NCBI GenBank assembly: GCA_016194455.1
Contig: JACQBN010000027.1
Coordinates: 1-59,745, forward strand
DNA: 59,745 bases
Direction of reading: 5' to 3'
Source of the DNA: Candidatus Kaiserbacteria bacterium
Lineage (GTDB): Bacteria > Patescibacteriota > Minisyncoccia > Phycocordibacterales > Phycocordibacteraceae
Shown here one piece after another: positions 8,362 through 16,867 of the stretch. The notes below the pieces were generated by a model. The model was not told the DNA's origin, did not search any database, and was given only the letters and a program-made list of their open reading frames with translations. Position 1 is the first letter of the stretch; each line of letters starts with the position of its first letter. A program made the position numbers and the translations under genes.

Positions 8362-10032
8362 ATGGTGGGGAGACTCTTCGAGCGGCTCGCGACTCCGGTA
8401 CGCGGCCTGCATCAGGCCGCGTACCTGCTTGCCGCTCTCACGCTGGCCTCGCAGGCGCTCGCCCTGCTGCGCGATCGCACCTTCGCCCACGCATTTGGCG
8501 CGGGGCACGTGCTCGATCTCTACTACGCCGCGTTTCGCATCCCGGATCTCGTCTTCGCGCTCGTCGCGAGCTTAGTTTCGGCATACGTGCTCATTCCGCG
8601 CATCGCCGGGCTCGATCGCGAGGCGACCCGCCGGCTGATCAGCGAGTCCTCTTCCTTCCTCCTCATTGCGGGAGGAACGCTTTGTCTTGTGCTTGCGATT
8701 TTTGCTCCGACACTTCTTTTTATTCTCTATCCCGACTTCGCCGCCTCCCCGCTGCGGGATCCGTTTATCCTCCTCACGCGGATTCTCTTGCTGCAGCCGA
8801 TTATTCTCGGCATCTCGGGCATCGTCACGAGTGTGACGCAGGTGCATCGGCGCTTCGTCCTCTTCGCGCTCTCGCCGGTGCTCTACAACCTCGGCATTAT
8901 CCTTGGCACCGTTTTCCTCTATCCGCGCTTTGGGTTGCCGGGCATCGGGATTGGCGTGGTGGCGGGCGCGCTCGCGCACGCGGCGATACATATCCCGGTA
9001 CTCCGCAACGCGGGCGTCCTGCCGCGCCTCACGCTGCCGCGCGTTCGCGATCTTCTGCCCCTTATCCGCGATTCAATCCCGCGCTCGCTCGCGCTCGGGA
9101 TGGGGTCGCTGACCGCTCTCGTATTGACCGCCTTCGCCTCGCGGATCGGGACAGGCTCGGTCTCGGTCTTCACCTTCGCTTTCAACCTCGAGGCGGTGCC
9201 GCTCGCGCTCATCGGCGCCTCGTATGCAGTTGCGGCGTTCCCGGCGCTCTCGGAGGCCTCGGCGCTTCGGGATAAAGAGGAGTTCACTCGTGTGCTTGTA
9301 GCCTCCGCGCGCCACATCATCCTCTGGTCCACCGTCTTCCTCGGCCTTATTGTCGTGCTCCGCGCCCATATCGTGCGCGTCGTCCTTGGGACCGGCGCTT
9401 TCGGCTGGGGCCCGACCAGACTCACGGCCGCACTCCTCGCCCTCCTCGTCCTCGGTCTTCTCGCTCAAGGGCTCGTGCTCCTCTTCTCCCGCGCCCTTTA
9501 CGCGGCGAAGCAATCGTGGCGCCCGCTCCTCTACCAATTTACGGGAGGAGCTCTCACCGTTCTTTTCGCCCTTTACTTTCTCTCTCTGCCCGCCACAGGC
9601 CTGCCCGCGGAGCTCGCCACGTGGTTGCGGGTCGGCGATGTGGCTGGTTCGCGAATTCTGCTTGTCGCGCTCGCCTCGACAATCGGCCAGATATTCTTGC
9701 TCGCGCTTTCGCTCATCGCGCTGCGGAAAGAGGCGCCCCAGCTTACCTCGCGCCTGCTTGCACCACTTGCGGGCGGACTTCTTGCGGCGGTTGCGGGCGG
9801 CGCGGCGACGTACGGCATTCTCACGATTGAGGGCGGCATCGCGCCCCTGACCACGCTCGTCGCTGTCGCGACCGAGGGGCTCGTCGCGGGCGCCGTCGGC
9901 CTCGCTGCCTCGGCCGCCGTGCTTTCCTTGATCGGCAACGAAGAATTCCGCGATGTCACCGCATCGCTGCGGCGTTTCGCCGAGGCGCGTCTCTTCCTCC
10001 CGCCCTCTGCCGAAGAGCCGGCCCATCACTAG
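8362..10032 (+). CDS. murJ: Lipid II flippase MurJ/MviN
   Basis: LLRDRTFAHAFGAGHVLDLYYAAFRIPDLVFAL is the N-terminal MurJ signature; 14-TM-type hydrophobic profile. Confidence 0.9.
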   Translation: MVGRLFERLATPVRGLHQAAYLLAALTLASQALALLRDRTFAHAFGAGHVLDLYYAAFRIPDLVFALVASLVSAYVLIPRIAGLDREATRRLISESSSFLLIAGGTLCLVLAIFAPTLLFILYPDFAASPLRDPFILLTRILLLQPIILGISGIVTSVTQVHRRFVLFALSPVLYNLGIILGTVFLYPRFGLPGIGIGVVAGALAHAAIHIPVLRNAGVLPRLTLPRVRDLLPLIRDSIPRSLALGMGSLTALVLTAFASRIGTGSVSVFTFAFNLEAVPLALIGASYAVAAFPALSEASALRDKEEFTRVLVASARHIILWSTVFLGLIVVLRAHIVRVVLGTGAFGWGPTRLTAALLALLVLGLLAQGLVLLFSRALYAAKQSWRPLLYQFTGGALTVLFALYFLSLPATGLPAELATWLRVGDVAGSRILLVALASTIGQIFLLALSLIALRKEAPQLTSRLLAPLAGGLLAAVAGGAATYGILTIEGGIAPLTTLVAVATEGLVAGAVGLAASAAVLSLIGNEEFRDVTASLRRFAEARLFLPPSAEEPAHH

Positions 10033-10040
10033 CACTAGCT

Positions 10041-11822
10041 ATGGAGACACGGATCAGGAACTTCAGCATCATTGCGCACATCGATCACGGCAAATCAACG
10101 CTCGCCGACCGTTTGCTCGAAAAGACGGGGACCATTCCGGAGCGCCTGATGCGCGACCAGTATCTCGACAAAATGGATCTGGAACGCGAGCGCGGTATCA
10201 CGATCAAGATGCAGCCGGTGCGGATGCAATATAAAGAATATATTTTGAATCTCATCGACACGCCGGGGCATATCGACTTCTCGTATGAGGTGTCGCGCGC
10301 CTTACGGGCGGTCGAGGGTGTGTTGCTGCTGGTGGACTCGACTCAAGGGATCCAAGCGCAGACGCTCACGACGCTCGCCGCGGCGCAGGCCGCCGGTTGC
10401 ACAATCGTTCCGCTCGTTTCTAAGATTGACTCGCCTGCGGCGCGCACCGAGGAAGTGCGGGCCGAGCTCGCACAGTTGCTTACGGTAGACCCGAGCACGG
10501 TGCTCGGCGTCTCGGGCAAGACGGGGGAGGGAGTAGATGAGCTGTTGGAGGAGATTGTAAAACGCATACCTGCGCCGCTCCACGGCGCAGGCACTGAAGC
10601 TCGAGGGCTTATTTTTGACTTTTCCTATTCTCCGCATCGCGGCATCGTGGTCTATCTGCGCGTCACCGATGGCGTCTTCAAGAAAGGGCAGAGACTCCGT
10701 TTCCGCGCAGCGCATCAGGAATTCAGCGCGCTTGAGGTGGGCATCTTCGTTCCCGAAGAAACGCCCGCCGAGGAACTCGCTGCTGGAGAAATCGGCTATA
10801 TCGTCACCGGCGTGAAGGAGGCTGGCGCCGCTCGCGTGGGAGACACCATTGGAGCCGCGAAGGGTACGCTCCCTGCGCTCGAGGGTTACGAGCGCGTCCG
10901 GCCGGTAGTGTGGGCGTCTATTTATCCGGAGAACCAGGACGACTTACCGCTCTTACGCCAGTCGCTTATGCGCCTACAGCTCTCAGACTCCTCGCTTTCC
11001 TTCGAGGAAGAGTCCTCGGGTGTCCTCGGTCGCGGTTTCCGTTGCGGCTTCCTCGGTCTCCTCCACTTGGAAATCATCACCGAGCGTTTGCGGCGCGAGT
11101 TCTCGCTCAAACTCGTCGTTACCATCCCGACCATCTCCTACGGCGTCACACTCACGAACGGCACGCGGGAGACAATTTACACGCCCGCAAAGTTTCCCGA
11201 ACACGGCGACATTCTTAAAGTTGAGGAACCGTGGGTGCGGTTGATTATTATTTCTCCGGCACGGGTGATGAGTGCACTCGTACAGATTCTCTATGACCAC
11301 GAAGGCGCCACGAGCGGCACCGAGACGTACGCCGACGGCCGCGTGGAGGTGATTGCGGAGATGCCGCTGCGGGAATTGATGCGCGGCTTCTTTGATCAAC
11401 TCAAAAGCATCTCCGCGGGCTACGCCTCGCTCTCGTACGAGTTCCTCGACGAACGGCCTGCGGACGTCGTGCGCCTCGACATTCTCGTGGCCGAAGAGCC
11501 CGTGCCGGCCTTCGCGCGCGTGGTCGCGCGTCGGAGGATGCAGGAGGAGGCAGAAAAAATGGTGGAACGCCTCCACGCGCTTCTTCCGAAGCAACTCTTC
11601 GTCACCAAAATCCAAGCGAGGGCGCAGGGGCGCATCATCGCCTCGCGCTCGCTCTCCGCGATGAGGAAAGACGTCACCGGCTATCTCTACGGCGGCGACG
11701 TCACGCGCAAGATGAAGCTCCTCGAGAAGCAGAAGAAAGGAAAGAAAAAACTCCTCGCCCGCGCCAAGGTAGACATCCCCGAGGCCGTCTTTATGAAAAT
11801 GGTCCAAGAGTCCGACCGCTAA
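10041..11822 (+). CDS. lepA: Elongation factor 4 (LepA)
   Basis: IRNFSIIAHIDHGKSTLADRLL, DTPGHIDFSYEV, and the C-terminal LepA_C region (GDVTRKMKLLEKQKKGKKK). Confidence 0.95.
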   Translation: METRIRNFSIIAHIDHGKSTLADRLLEKTGTIPERLMRDQYLDKMDLERERGITIKMQPVRMQYKEYILNLIDTPGHIDFSYEVSRALRAVEGVLLLVDSTQGIQAQTLTTLAAAQAAGCTIVPLVSKIDSPAARTEEVRAELAQLLTVDPSTVLGVSGKTGEGVDELLEEIVKRIPAPLHGAGTEARGLIFDFSYSPHRGIVVYLRVTDGVFKKGQRLRFRAAHQEFSALEVGIFVPEETPAEELAAGEIGYIVTGVKEAGAARVGDTIGAAKGTLPALEGYERVRPVVWASIYPENQDDLPLLRQSLMRLQLSDSSLSFEEESSGVLGRGFRCGFLGLLHLEIITERLRREFSLKLVVTIPTISYGVTLTNGTRETIYTPAKFPEHGDILKVEEPWVRLIIISPARVMSALVQILYDHEGATSGTETYADGRVEVIAEMPLRELMRGFFDQLKSISAGYASLSYEFLDERPADVVRLDILVAEEPVPAFARVVARRRMQEEAEKMVERLHALLPKQLFVTKIQARAQGRIIASRSLSAMRKDVTGYLYGGDVTRKMKLLEKQKKGKKKLLARAKVDIPEAVFMKMVQESDR

Positions 11823-11836
11823 GCGCAATCGGAAAT

Positions 11837-11865
11837 TTGACAAGTAATTTTCATGAGAGTATTAT
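11837..11865 (+). promoter_or_regulatory. Near-consensus sigma70-type promoter
   Basis: TTGACA (11837-11842), 17-nt spacer, TATTAT (11860-11865). Confidence 0.6.
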
Positions 11866-11871
11866 CCGACC

Positions 11872-12058
11872 GTTATGAATAGCACTGCCCACAAGGCGCG
11901 CACGATGCCGACCCCATTCCGGGTCGCGTTTGGCGTGGCTGCCCATGCACTCCTCTCCCAGGGGGGCTGGGCTATACGTGAGCAGGACGGCCGTAGGACA
12001 TGAGATTGTAAGTAATCTCGTATCTTGAACCGCCCTGCTCACCCGCAGGGCGTGTTCT
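11872..12058 (+). promoter_or_regulatory. About 190-nt structured transcript (unclassified leader or sRNA) ending in an intrinsic terminator, upstream of the ABC exporter
   Basis: Hairpins CGACCC-cattcc-GGGTCG, CCCAG-ggggg-CTGGG and GAGATT-gtaagt-AATCTC. Terminator is CGCCCTGC-tcacc-GCAGGGCG followed by tgttcttt. No credible ORF. Confidence 0.4.
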
Positions 12059-12089
12059 TTGAAACTCACTAACCGAAGGAGCTTGAACG

Positions 12090-13928
12090 ATGGCCGATAC
12101 GGCACTCGACTGGGACGAAGTCCCGCGCATACAAGATCAGACGGTCTCATACTTCATGCGCGGCGTGCGCATTCTCTGGGATCTCATCGTCTCGGAGCGC
12201 AAGCCGCTCCTCATTGCGGCCACTCTCGTGATTCTCGTTGAGTGCATGGGGCTCTCACTGCCGCTCATCTTCAAAGAGCTCGTGGATTATCTGCCGACCA
12301 TCAAAGCGCAGGGAATCACCACCTATGTACTCGAGCTCGTCGCATTCATGTTCGTGATCCGTACCGCGATGCTCCTGCTACGGCGCTTCGTGCAGGAACC
12401 GATCTTCTTGCGGGCCATCATCCGGCTCGAGAACTATTGGCCGACCGTCGCCCACGAGAAGTTGCTCGCGCTTTCGATTGGCTATCACGAAAGAGAAAAC
12501 ACCGGCCGCAAGATCGCGAAGGTACAGAAGGGCGTTGAGAAACTCGTCAACATGCTCGCCGATCTCTTCTGGATGCTTCTGCCCGCGCTCTTCTATCTGA
12601 TCCTCAATGCATTCGTCATCCTCGTGCTCGATTGGCGGCTTGGGCTCATCTTCCTGGTGCCGCTCATTCCTGCGGTGTGGATCAATCTCAAGTCGTACGA
12701 GTTCTTCCAGCCGGTGTGGGAATCCTGGGAGCAGAAGAAGGAAGAGTCCGTCGGGCTCTTCTGCCAGTCCATCATCAACGTCCGCACCGTACAGTCCTTC
12801 GTCTCCGAGCGGCGCGAGAGCGCGACACACGGGAGCATCCGGGAGGACATGGCGCGCATCGATCTCGGGGCGAGCATGACGCTCCAGAGATACTTCTTCC
12901 TTATGGAGATGGTGCTCGGCCTCTCGCTCATCGCCTCCATCACAATCGGGCTCTACTTCGCCTATCGCGGCTGGAGCACGGTGGGGACAGTCGCGTACAT
13001 TACCATCACCGGCAACGCCACACTGCAAAGTCTCTGGAGTATCATCCAGGTCTACACGCGCATGCTCCGCCAGTTGGTCGCGGCAGAGCGCATGCAGACC
13101 TTGCTCGGCGAGCCAGTGGACGTTGCGAACGAGGCGTCCGGCGTGCTGCCGCCCTTGCGCGGTGCCGCGCTTGCGTTCTCAAATATGTCGCTCATCCACC
13201 GCGGGAAGGACGAGCCGATCTTCAAAAGCTTCAATCTCACGATTGATCCAGGGAAGATGCTCGCGTTGGTGGGGAAGAGCGGCTCGGGCAAGAGCACGCT
13301 CGTGAGCTTGCTCCTCCGGGTCTATGATCCGACTGACGGCGCCGTCACCATCGGCGGCAAGAACATCAGGACAGTCGATCGCGATCGGTATCGTCGGCGC
13401 TTCGCCTATGTACCGCAAGAAGTTGAAATCTTCGACGGCACGATCCGGCAGAACATCGTCTACGCGTATCCAGATGCGCCCGAAGCATTCATCGGCAAAG
13501 CGGTGGAGGCCGCATGCCTCGGCGAGGTCGTCTCCGATTCGGGGCGTTTCCCTAAAGGCCTCGACACGCCGGTGGGCGAGCGCGGTGTGCGCCTCTCGGG
13601 CGGCGAACGCCAGCGGGTAGGCATTGCCCGCGCGTATGTTGCTCTGCTCTCGGGCGCCGAGGTGCTTGTTCTTGACGAAGCGACCTCGAGCCTCGACTCG
13701 GAGTCCGAGCAGGTGGTACAACGCTTCATCGGGCAATTGCGGCGCGAGCGGGCGATCACGATCATCGCCATCGCGCACCGACTCTCGACCGTCCGGGAAG
13801 CAGATCTCATCTGCGTGCTCGATGCGGGCCGGATTGCCGAGATGGGCAGTCATGAGCAGCTCTTGAAGCACAACGGGCTCTACCATCGGCTCGTCGCGCT
13901 CCAGGAACTCGGCGAAATCCGCGAGTAG
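12090..13928 (+). CDS. ABC transporter, fused permease/ATP-binding exporter (MsbA/type I exporter-like)
   Basis: Six N-terminal TM helices; Walker A GKSGSGKST; signature LSGGERQRVGIARA; Walker B VLVLDEATS; SD GAAGGAG 8 nt upstream. Confidence 0.9.
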   Translation: MADTALDWDEVPRIQDQTVSYFMRGVRILWDLIVSERKPLLIAATLVILVECMGLSLPLIFKELVDYLPTIKAQGITTYVLELVAFMFVIRTAMLLLRRFVQEPIFLRAIIRLENYWPTVAHEKLLALSIGYHERENTGRKIAKVQKGVEKLVNMLADLFWMLLPALFYLILNAFVILVLDWRLGLIFLVPLIPAVWINLKSYEFFQPVWESWEQKKEESVGLFCQSIINVRTVQSFVSERRESATHGSIREDMARIDLGASMTLQRYFFLMEMVLGLSLIASITIGLYFAYRGWSTVGTVAYITITGNATLQSLWSIIQVYTRMLRQLVAAERMQTLLGEPVDVANEASGVLPPLRGAALAFSNMSLIHRGKDEPIFKSFNLTIDPGKMLALVGKSGSGKSTLVSLLLRVYDPTDGAVTIGGKNIRTVDRDRYRRRFAYVPQEVEIFDGTIRQNIVYAYPDAPEAFIGKAVEAACLGEVVSDSGRFPKGLDTPVGERGVRLSGGERQRVGIARAYVALLSGAEVLVLDEATSSLDSESEQVVQRFIGQLRRERAITIIAIAHRLSTVREADLICVLDAGRIAEMGSHEQLLKHNGLYHRLVALQELGEIRE

Positions 13929-13949
13929 CAGAAGAAGTTCTTTGTTTAG

Positions 13950-13982
13950 GCGTGCACCGCAGCGGTGCGCGCTTTTCTTTTT
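13950..13982 (+). terminator. Intrinsic terminator after the ABC exporter
   Basis: GCGTGCACCG-cag-CGGTGCGCGC followed by ttttcttttt. Confidence 0.65.
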
Positions 13983-13998
13983 GTTCTATACTTGTCTC

Positions 13999-14337
13999 AT
14001 GCGCGCGAGAGGATGGCGGCAGGTGCTCGCGGTAAGCGCTCTAGCGCTTGTCTCCCTCTGGCTCGTCTCGCTTATTATTGGATTAGCGCAGAAGGCGCAA
14101 ATAGCGATACGCCAGGCGCGTGAGGCCGAGACCGCGTACCGCGACCTTGAGGCCCGCAAGGCGACGCTCGAGGTCAACATCGCCGCTTCCGAGACCCCGC
14201 GCGGGCAGGACGCCGCCATCCGCACGGCCTTTGGGGTTGCGAGGAGCGGGGAAGAGGTTATCGTAGTCGTGCCGAGCGCCTCCGCGACCGCGACGCCGCC
14301 CCTGCCCTGGCTCGAGCGGCTCTTCAATTGGTTTTAG
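13999..14337 (+). CDS. Small bitopic protein, septum-formation-initiator (FtsB/DivIC)-like
   Basis: One TM helix (VLAVSALALVSLWLVSLIIGL), then a coiled coil (IRQAREAETAYRDLEARKATLEVNI) and RTAFGVARSGEEVIVV. Start placed after the terminator; TATACT lies 6 nt upstream. Confidence 0.55.
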   Translation: MRARGWRQVLAVSALALVSLWLVSLIIGLAQKAQIAIRQAREAETAYRDLEARKATLEVNIAASETPRGQDAAIRTAFGVARSGEEVIVVVPSASATATPPLPWLERLFNWF

Positions 14338-14339
14338 AT

Positions 14340-14410
14340 GCGGGATTAGTTTAGTGGTAGAACAGTTGCTTCCCAAGCAACGGGCGGGAGTTCGATTCTC
14401 CCATCCCGCA
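14340..14410 (+). tRNA. tRNA-Gly (anticodon CCC)
   Basis: Cloverleaf folded by hand: acceptor GCGGGAT/ATCCCGC, anticodon loop TTCCCAA, T-loop TTCGATT. No encoded CCA. Confidence 0.9.
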
Positions 14411-14452
14411 CATGTCTCTGTGGATAACTCGGTGTGCTATACTCGTTCTATC

Positions 14453-14713
14453 ATGAAGCCTGTCACCATCTACAGCACCCCGACCTGCCATTTTTGCCAG
14501 ATGACCAAAGAATTTTTGAATGAGCACCACATCCCGTACACCGATTACGACGTCGCGCACGATCTCGTGAAGCGCCAGGAGATGATCCAGAAGTCGGGGC
14601 AGATGGGCGTTCCGGTTATCTACGTGGGCGACGAGATGATTATCGGCTTCGACAAGGAGAGGCTCGCCTCCGCCCTTGGCGTCGTCGCCGCAGCCGCAGC
14701 CACGCCCTCGTAG
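14453..14713 (+). CDS. Glutaredoxin-like protein (NrdH/YruB type)
   Basis: VTIYSTPTCHFCQMTKEFL (CxxC), GQMGVPVIYVGDEMIIGFD. ORF-track start 14354 rejected because it overlaps tRNA-Gly. Confidence 0.85.
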   Translation: MKPVTIYSTPTCHFCQMTKEFLNEHHIPYTDYDVAHDLVKRQEMIQKSGQMGVPVIYVGDEMIIGFDKERLASALGVVAAAAATPS

Positions 14714-14775
14714 TTCAACGGATAGAACAGCTCACTCCTAACGAGCAAATCCAGGTTCGACTCCTGGTGAGGGCA
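14704..14775 (+). tRNA. tRNA-Arg (anticodon CCU)
   Basis: Acceptor GCCCTCG/TGAGGGC (one G-U), D-arm GTTC-aacggata-GAAC, anticodon loop CTCCTAA, T-arm CCAGG-ttcgact-CCTGG. One A-C mismatch closes the anticodon stem. Confidence 0.8.
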
Positions 14776-14907
14776 CAAACGAGTGTACGAAGTTTGTGCC
14801 AGCCGGAGCGCGACGGCGCGAGGCGGGTCGCGGAAATTTTCAGCAGAAAATTATCCGTGACCACCCTGACCGCCCTTGCTATATACAAAGCCCGCGCGGA
14901 GCGCGGG

Positions 14908-15576
14908 CTAGGGAGCAGCATAGATGCAATTATTGATGAGCTCGGAAACGGTAACGAAGACAAACCCGCGCCGCTCGAGCCCCACGATGATTGCGGGCAC
15001 CGCGGTGATGGTCTTCGCGTGGATGTCGTGCATGAGCACGATCGCGCCCGGTCGACTCTTCTCGATAACGATACGAGCGATGCGCGCCGAGTCAGGATAT
15101 TTCCAGTCCAGCGTGTCGATCGTCCAGGCGATGAAGGGCCGGGGGGCGAACTCTGTCTTCGTCGTCCTCCGCACGGCGCCGTAGGGAGCACGAAGCGTCG
15201 CGGGCGGCGCATCGGTCCCGAGCGCGGCTTCAATAGCCGCGTCGGTCCGCACGTACTCAGCCTCGGCTGCTTCTCTTGAGAGCCGCGTTACGAGTTTGTG
15301 GTCGTAGGAATGATTGCCCACCTCGTCTCCGTCCGCGATCTCCGCTCGAACGACATCCGGCCATTGCGCCACGCGATTGCCAACCAGGTAGAAAGTCGCG
15401 TGTATGCCCCTGGCGTTCAAAAGCGCGAGCAACTCCGGAGTCAACGTCCGCTGCGGGCCGTCGTCGAAGGTGAGCGCGACGCAAGGTGCTCCCGCGGCAG
15501 TGTAGCCGGAGCCCGCCGGCGCGAGCGTCGGCAGAGAACACAGCGCCAGAGCAAGCGCGAGTCTATTCCTGAACAT
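14908..15576 (-). CDS. Polysaccharide deacetylase (NodB homology domain), secreted
   Basis: ALTFDDGP, GNHSYDH, LMHD motifs. Signal peptide MFRNRLALALALCSLPTLAPAGSG. SD GAAAGGAA upstream of ATG 15576. Confidence 0.85.
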   Translation of the reverse strand: MFRNRLALALALCSLPTLAPAGSGYTAAGAPCVALTFDDGPQRTLTPELLALLNARGIHATFYLVGNRVAQWPDVVRAEIADGDEVGNHSYDHKLVTRLSREAAEAEYVRTDAAIEAALGTDAPPATLRAPYGAVRRTTKTEFAPRPFIAWTIDTLDWKYPDSARIARIVIEKSRPGAIVLMHDIHAKTITAVPAIIVGLERRGFVFVTVSELINNCIYAAP

Positions 15577-15649
15577 CGATGTTCCTTTCTCAATCGGTCT
15601 TCCTCTCGCACCGTAGCACGGGCTGTCCCCGGGTGCTACTATGGAAGTA

Positions 15650-15934
15650 ATGGATCCGGAGACCAAAAAGCTCCTTGAAGAAACGCACGCGCTCGCGAAG
15701 GAGAATCACCGCATGTTAAGCGCGATACGCCGCGATCAATGGTTCAACTTCTTCGGTAAGATCATCATCTGGGCGATCGTACTCTTGCTGCCCATTTATC
15801 TCTACCATCAATATCTCGCGCCAATCGTCGCCAAGATCGCGCCCCCCGGCACGACGACCGGCGGCCTCTTCGGGCTTCCATCTTCCGCGGAGCTGCAGAA
15901 GCTGATAGACTCGTACAAAGCCAAAGCGCAATAG
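15650..15934 (+). CDS. Hypothetical small membrane protein (94 aa)
   Basis: One TM helix (IIIWAIVLLLPIYLY). TACTAT -10 at 15637-15642 lies 7 nt before ATG 15650. Confidence 0.5.
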   Translation: MDPETKKLLEETHALAKENHRMLSAIRRDQWFNFFGKIIIWAIVLLLPIYLYHQYLAPIVAKIAPPGTTTGGLFGLPSSAELQKLIDSYKAKAQ

Positions 15935-15958
15935 GCTTTGTCTGTTTTGCCCTCACTT

Positions 15959-16031
15959 GCCTAGGTAGCTCAGTTGGTAGAGCATCGCCCTGAAGAGGCG
16001 GGGGTCCCCGGTTCGAGCCCGGGCCTAGGCA
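15959..16031 (+). tRNA. tRNA-Phe (anticodon GAA)
   Basis: Acceptor GCCTAGG/CCTAGGC, D-arm GCTC-agttggta-GAGC, anticodon loop CTGAAGA, T-loop TTCGAGC. Confidence 0.92.
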
Positions 16032-16035
16032 CCTT

Positions 16036-16842
16036 ATGGATTCAGAGCAATCACCCAAAGAATCCGCGTTGATGACGTACGCGGAGTACGAAAAGATCCA
16101 TGATGAAAAACCGTATCTATTCCAGCTTGAATCAGGAGGCAACAGACTCTTTTACTTCGGCGAAAACCATTCTTTTGATCCGGATGACCAACAGTGGAAG
16201 GCAGTGAAGTCTTTTTGGCAGGAGTTCTTGAAAAAGACGGAAGGGAGAAACAGGATCGCTTTTGTCGAAGGCGGGGAAAGACCCTTAAGCTCCTCGGAAA
16301 AAGAATCAATTGAAAAGAACGGCGGAATGGGCCTGCTGACGTATCTTGCTCACCAAGAAGGCATAGAAACATACTCCCCCGAGCCTAGTGAGCGGAAAGA
16401 GCGTGCCGAGCTTGAGAAACAGTTCTCGCGCGAGCAGATACAGTATTATTACTTTGCGCAGATGGCATACCAATGGGAGCGGAAGCAAGATCCAAAACCG
16501 GACTTCGATACCTATATGCGGCGAGCGTTGAAGTCAGACGAACGGCAAAGTGGCTGGAGTGACTTCGACTTCTCACTCGAACGTATGCGGCAGGTCCACA
16601 TTCAGTTATTCGGGACGCCGTTTGACCCTGGGAAGAAAAATTTCTGGAACAAGATAGTGAATCCCGCGATGAGACCAACTGTTCTCAACGGTGTTGCACG
16701 AGCTTCCAGCCGTTATCGCGACGAACATATCGTCAACGAAATAGTCAAATATATGAAAGACGGCCATTCTATTTTTGCAGAGTACGGTGGCACCCATGTC
16801 GTAATGCAAGAGCCACTCCTGCGCGCCCTGCTCAAGGCGTAA
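16036..16842 (+). CDS. Hypothetical protein; weak resemblance to the ChaN/TraB/Tiki (erythromycin-esterase-like) superfamily
   Basis: FYFGENHSF near the N-terminus and EYGGTHVV near the C-terminus recall the GE.H / G..H motifs of that superfamily. Visibly lower GC than neighbours. Start uncertain (16036 or ATG 16072). Confidence 0.6.
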   Translation: MDSEQSPKESALMTYAEYEKIHDEKPYLFQLESGGNRLFYFGENHSFDPDDQQWKAVKSFWQEFLKKTEGRNRIAFVEGGERPLSSSEKESIEKNGGMGLLTYLAHQEGIETYSPEPSERKERAELEKQFSREQIQYYYFAQMAYQWERKQDPKPDFDTYMRRALKSDERQSGWSDFDFSLERMRQVHIQLFGTPFDPGKKNFWNKIVNPAMRPTVLNGVARASSRYRDEHIVNEIVKYMKDGHSIFAEYGGTHVVMQEPLLRALLKA

Positions 16843-16867
16843 TTTTTTGTTCTATAATCAAGAAAGC

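Noticed and set aside
11866-12058. tmRNA, SRP (4.5S) RNA or 6S RNA identity for the structured transcript.
   Set aside because: It has no tRNA-like GGGG...CCACCA ends, no SRP domain IV GGAA/AGCA motif, and no long 5'/3' closing helix with a central bubble.
14354-14452. The longer 119-aa version of the glutaredoxin-like ORF.
   Set aside because: Its first 33 codons are the tRNA-Gly gene read in another sense. A TATACT box and ATG 14453 give a normal 86-aa Grx.
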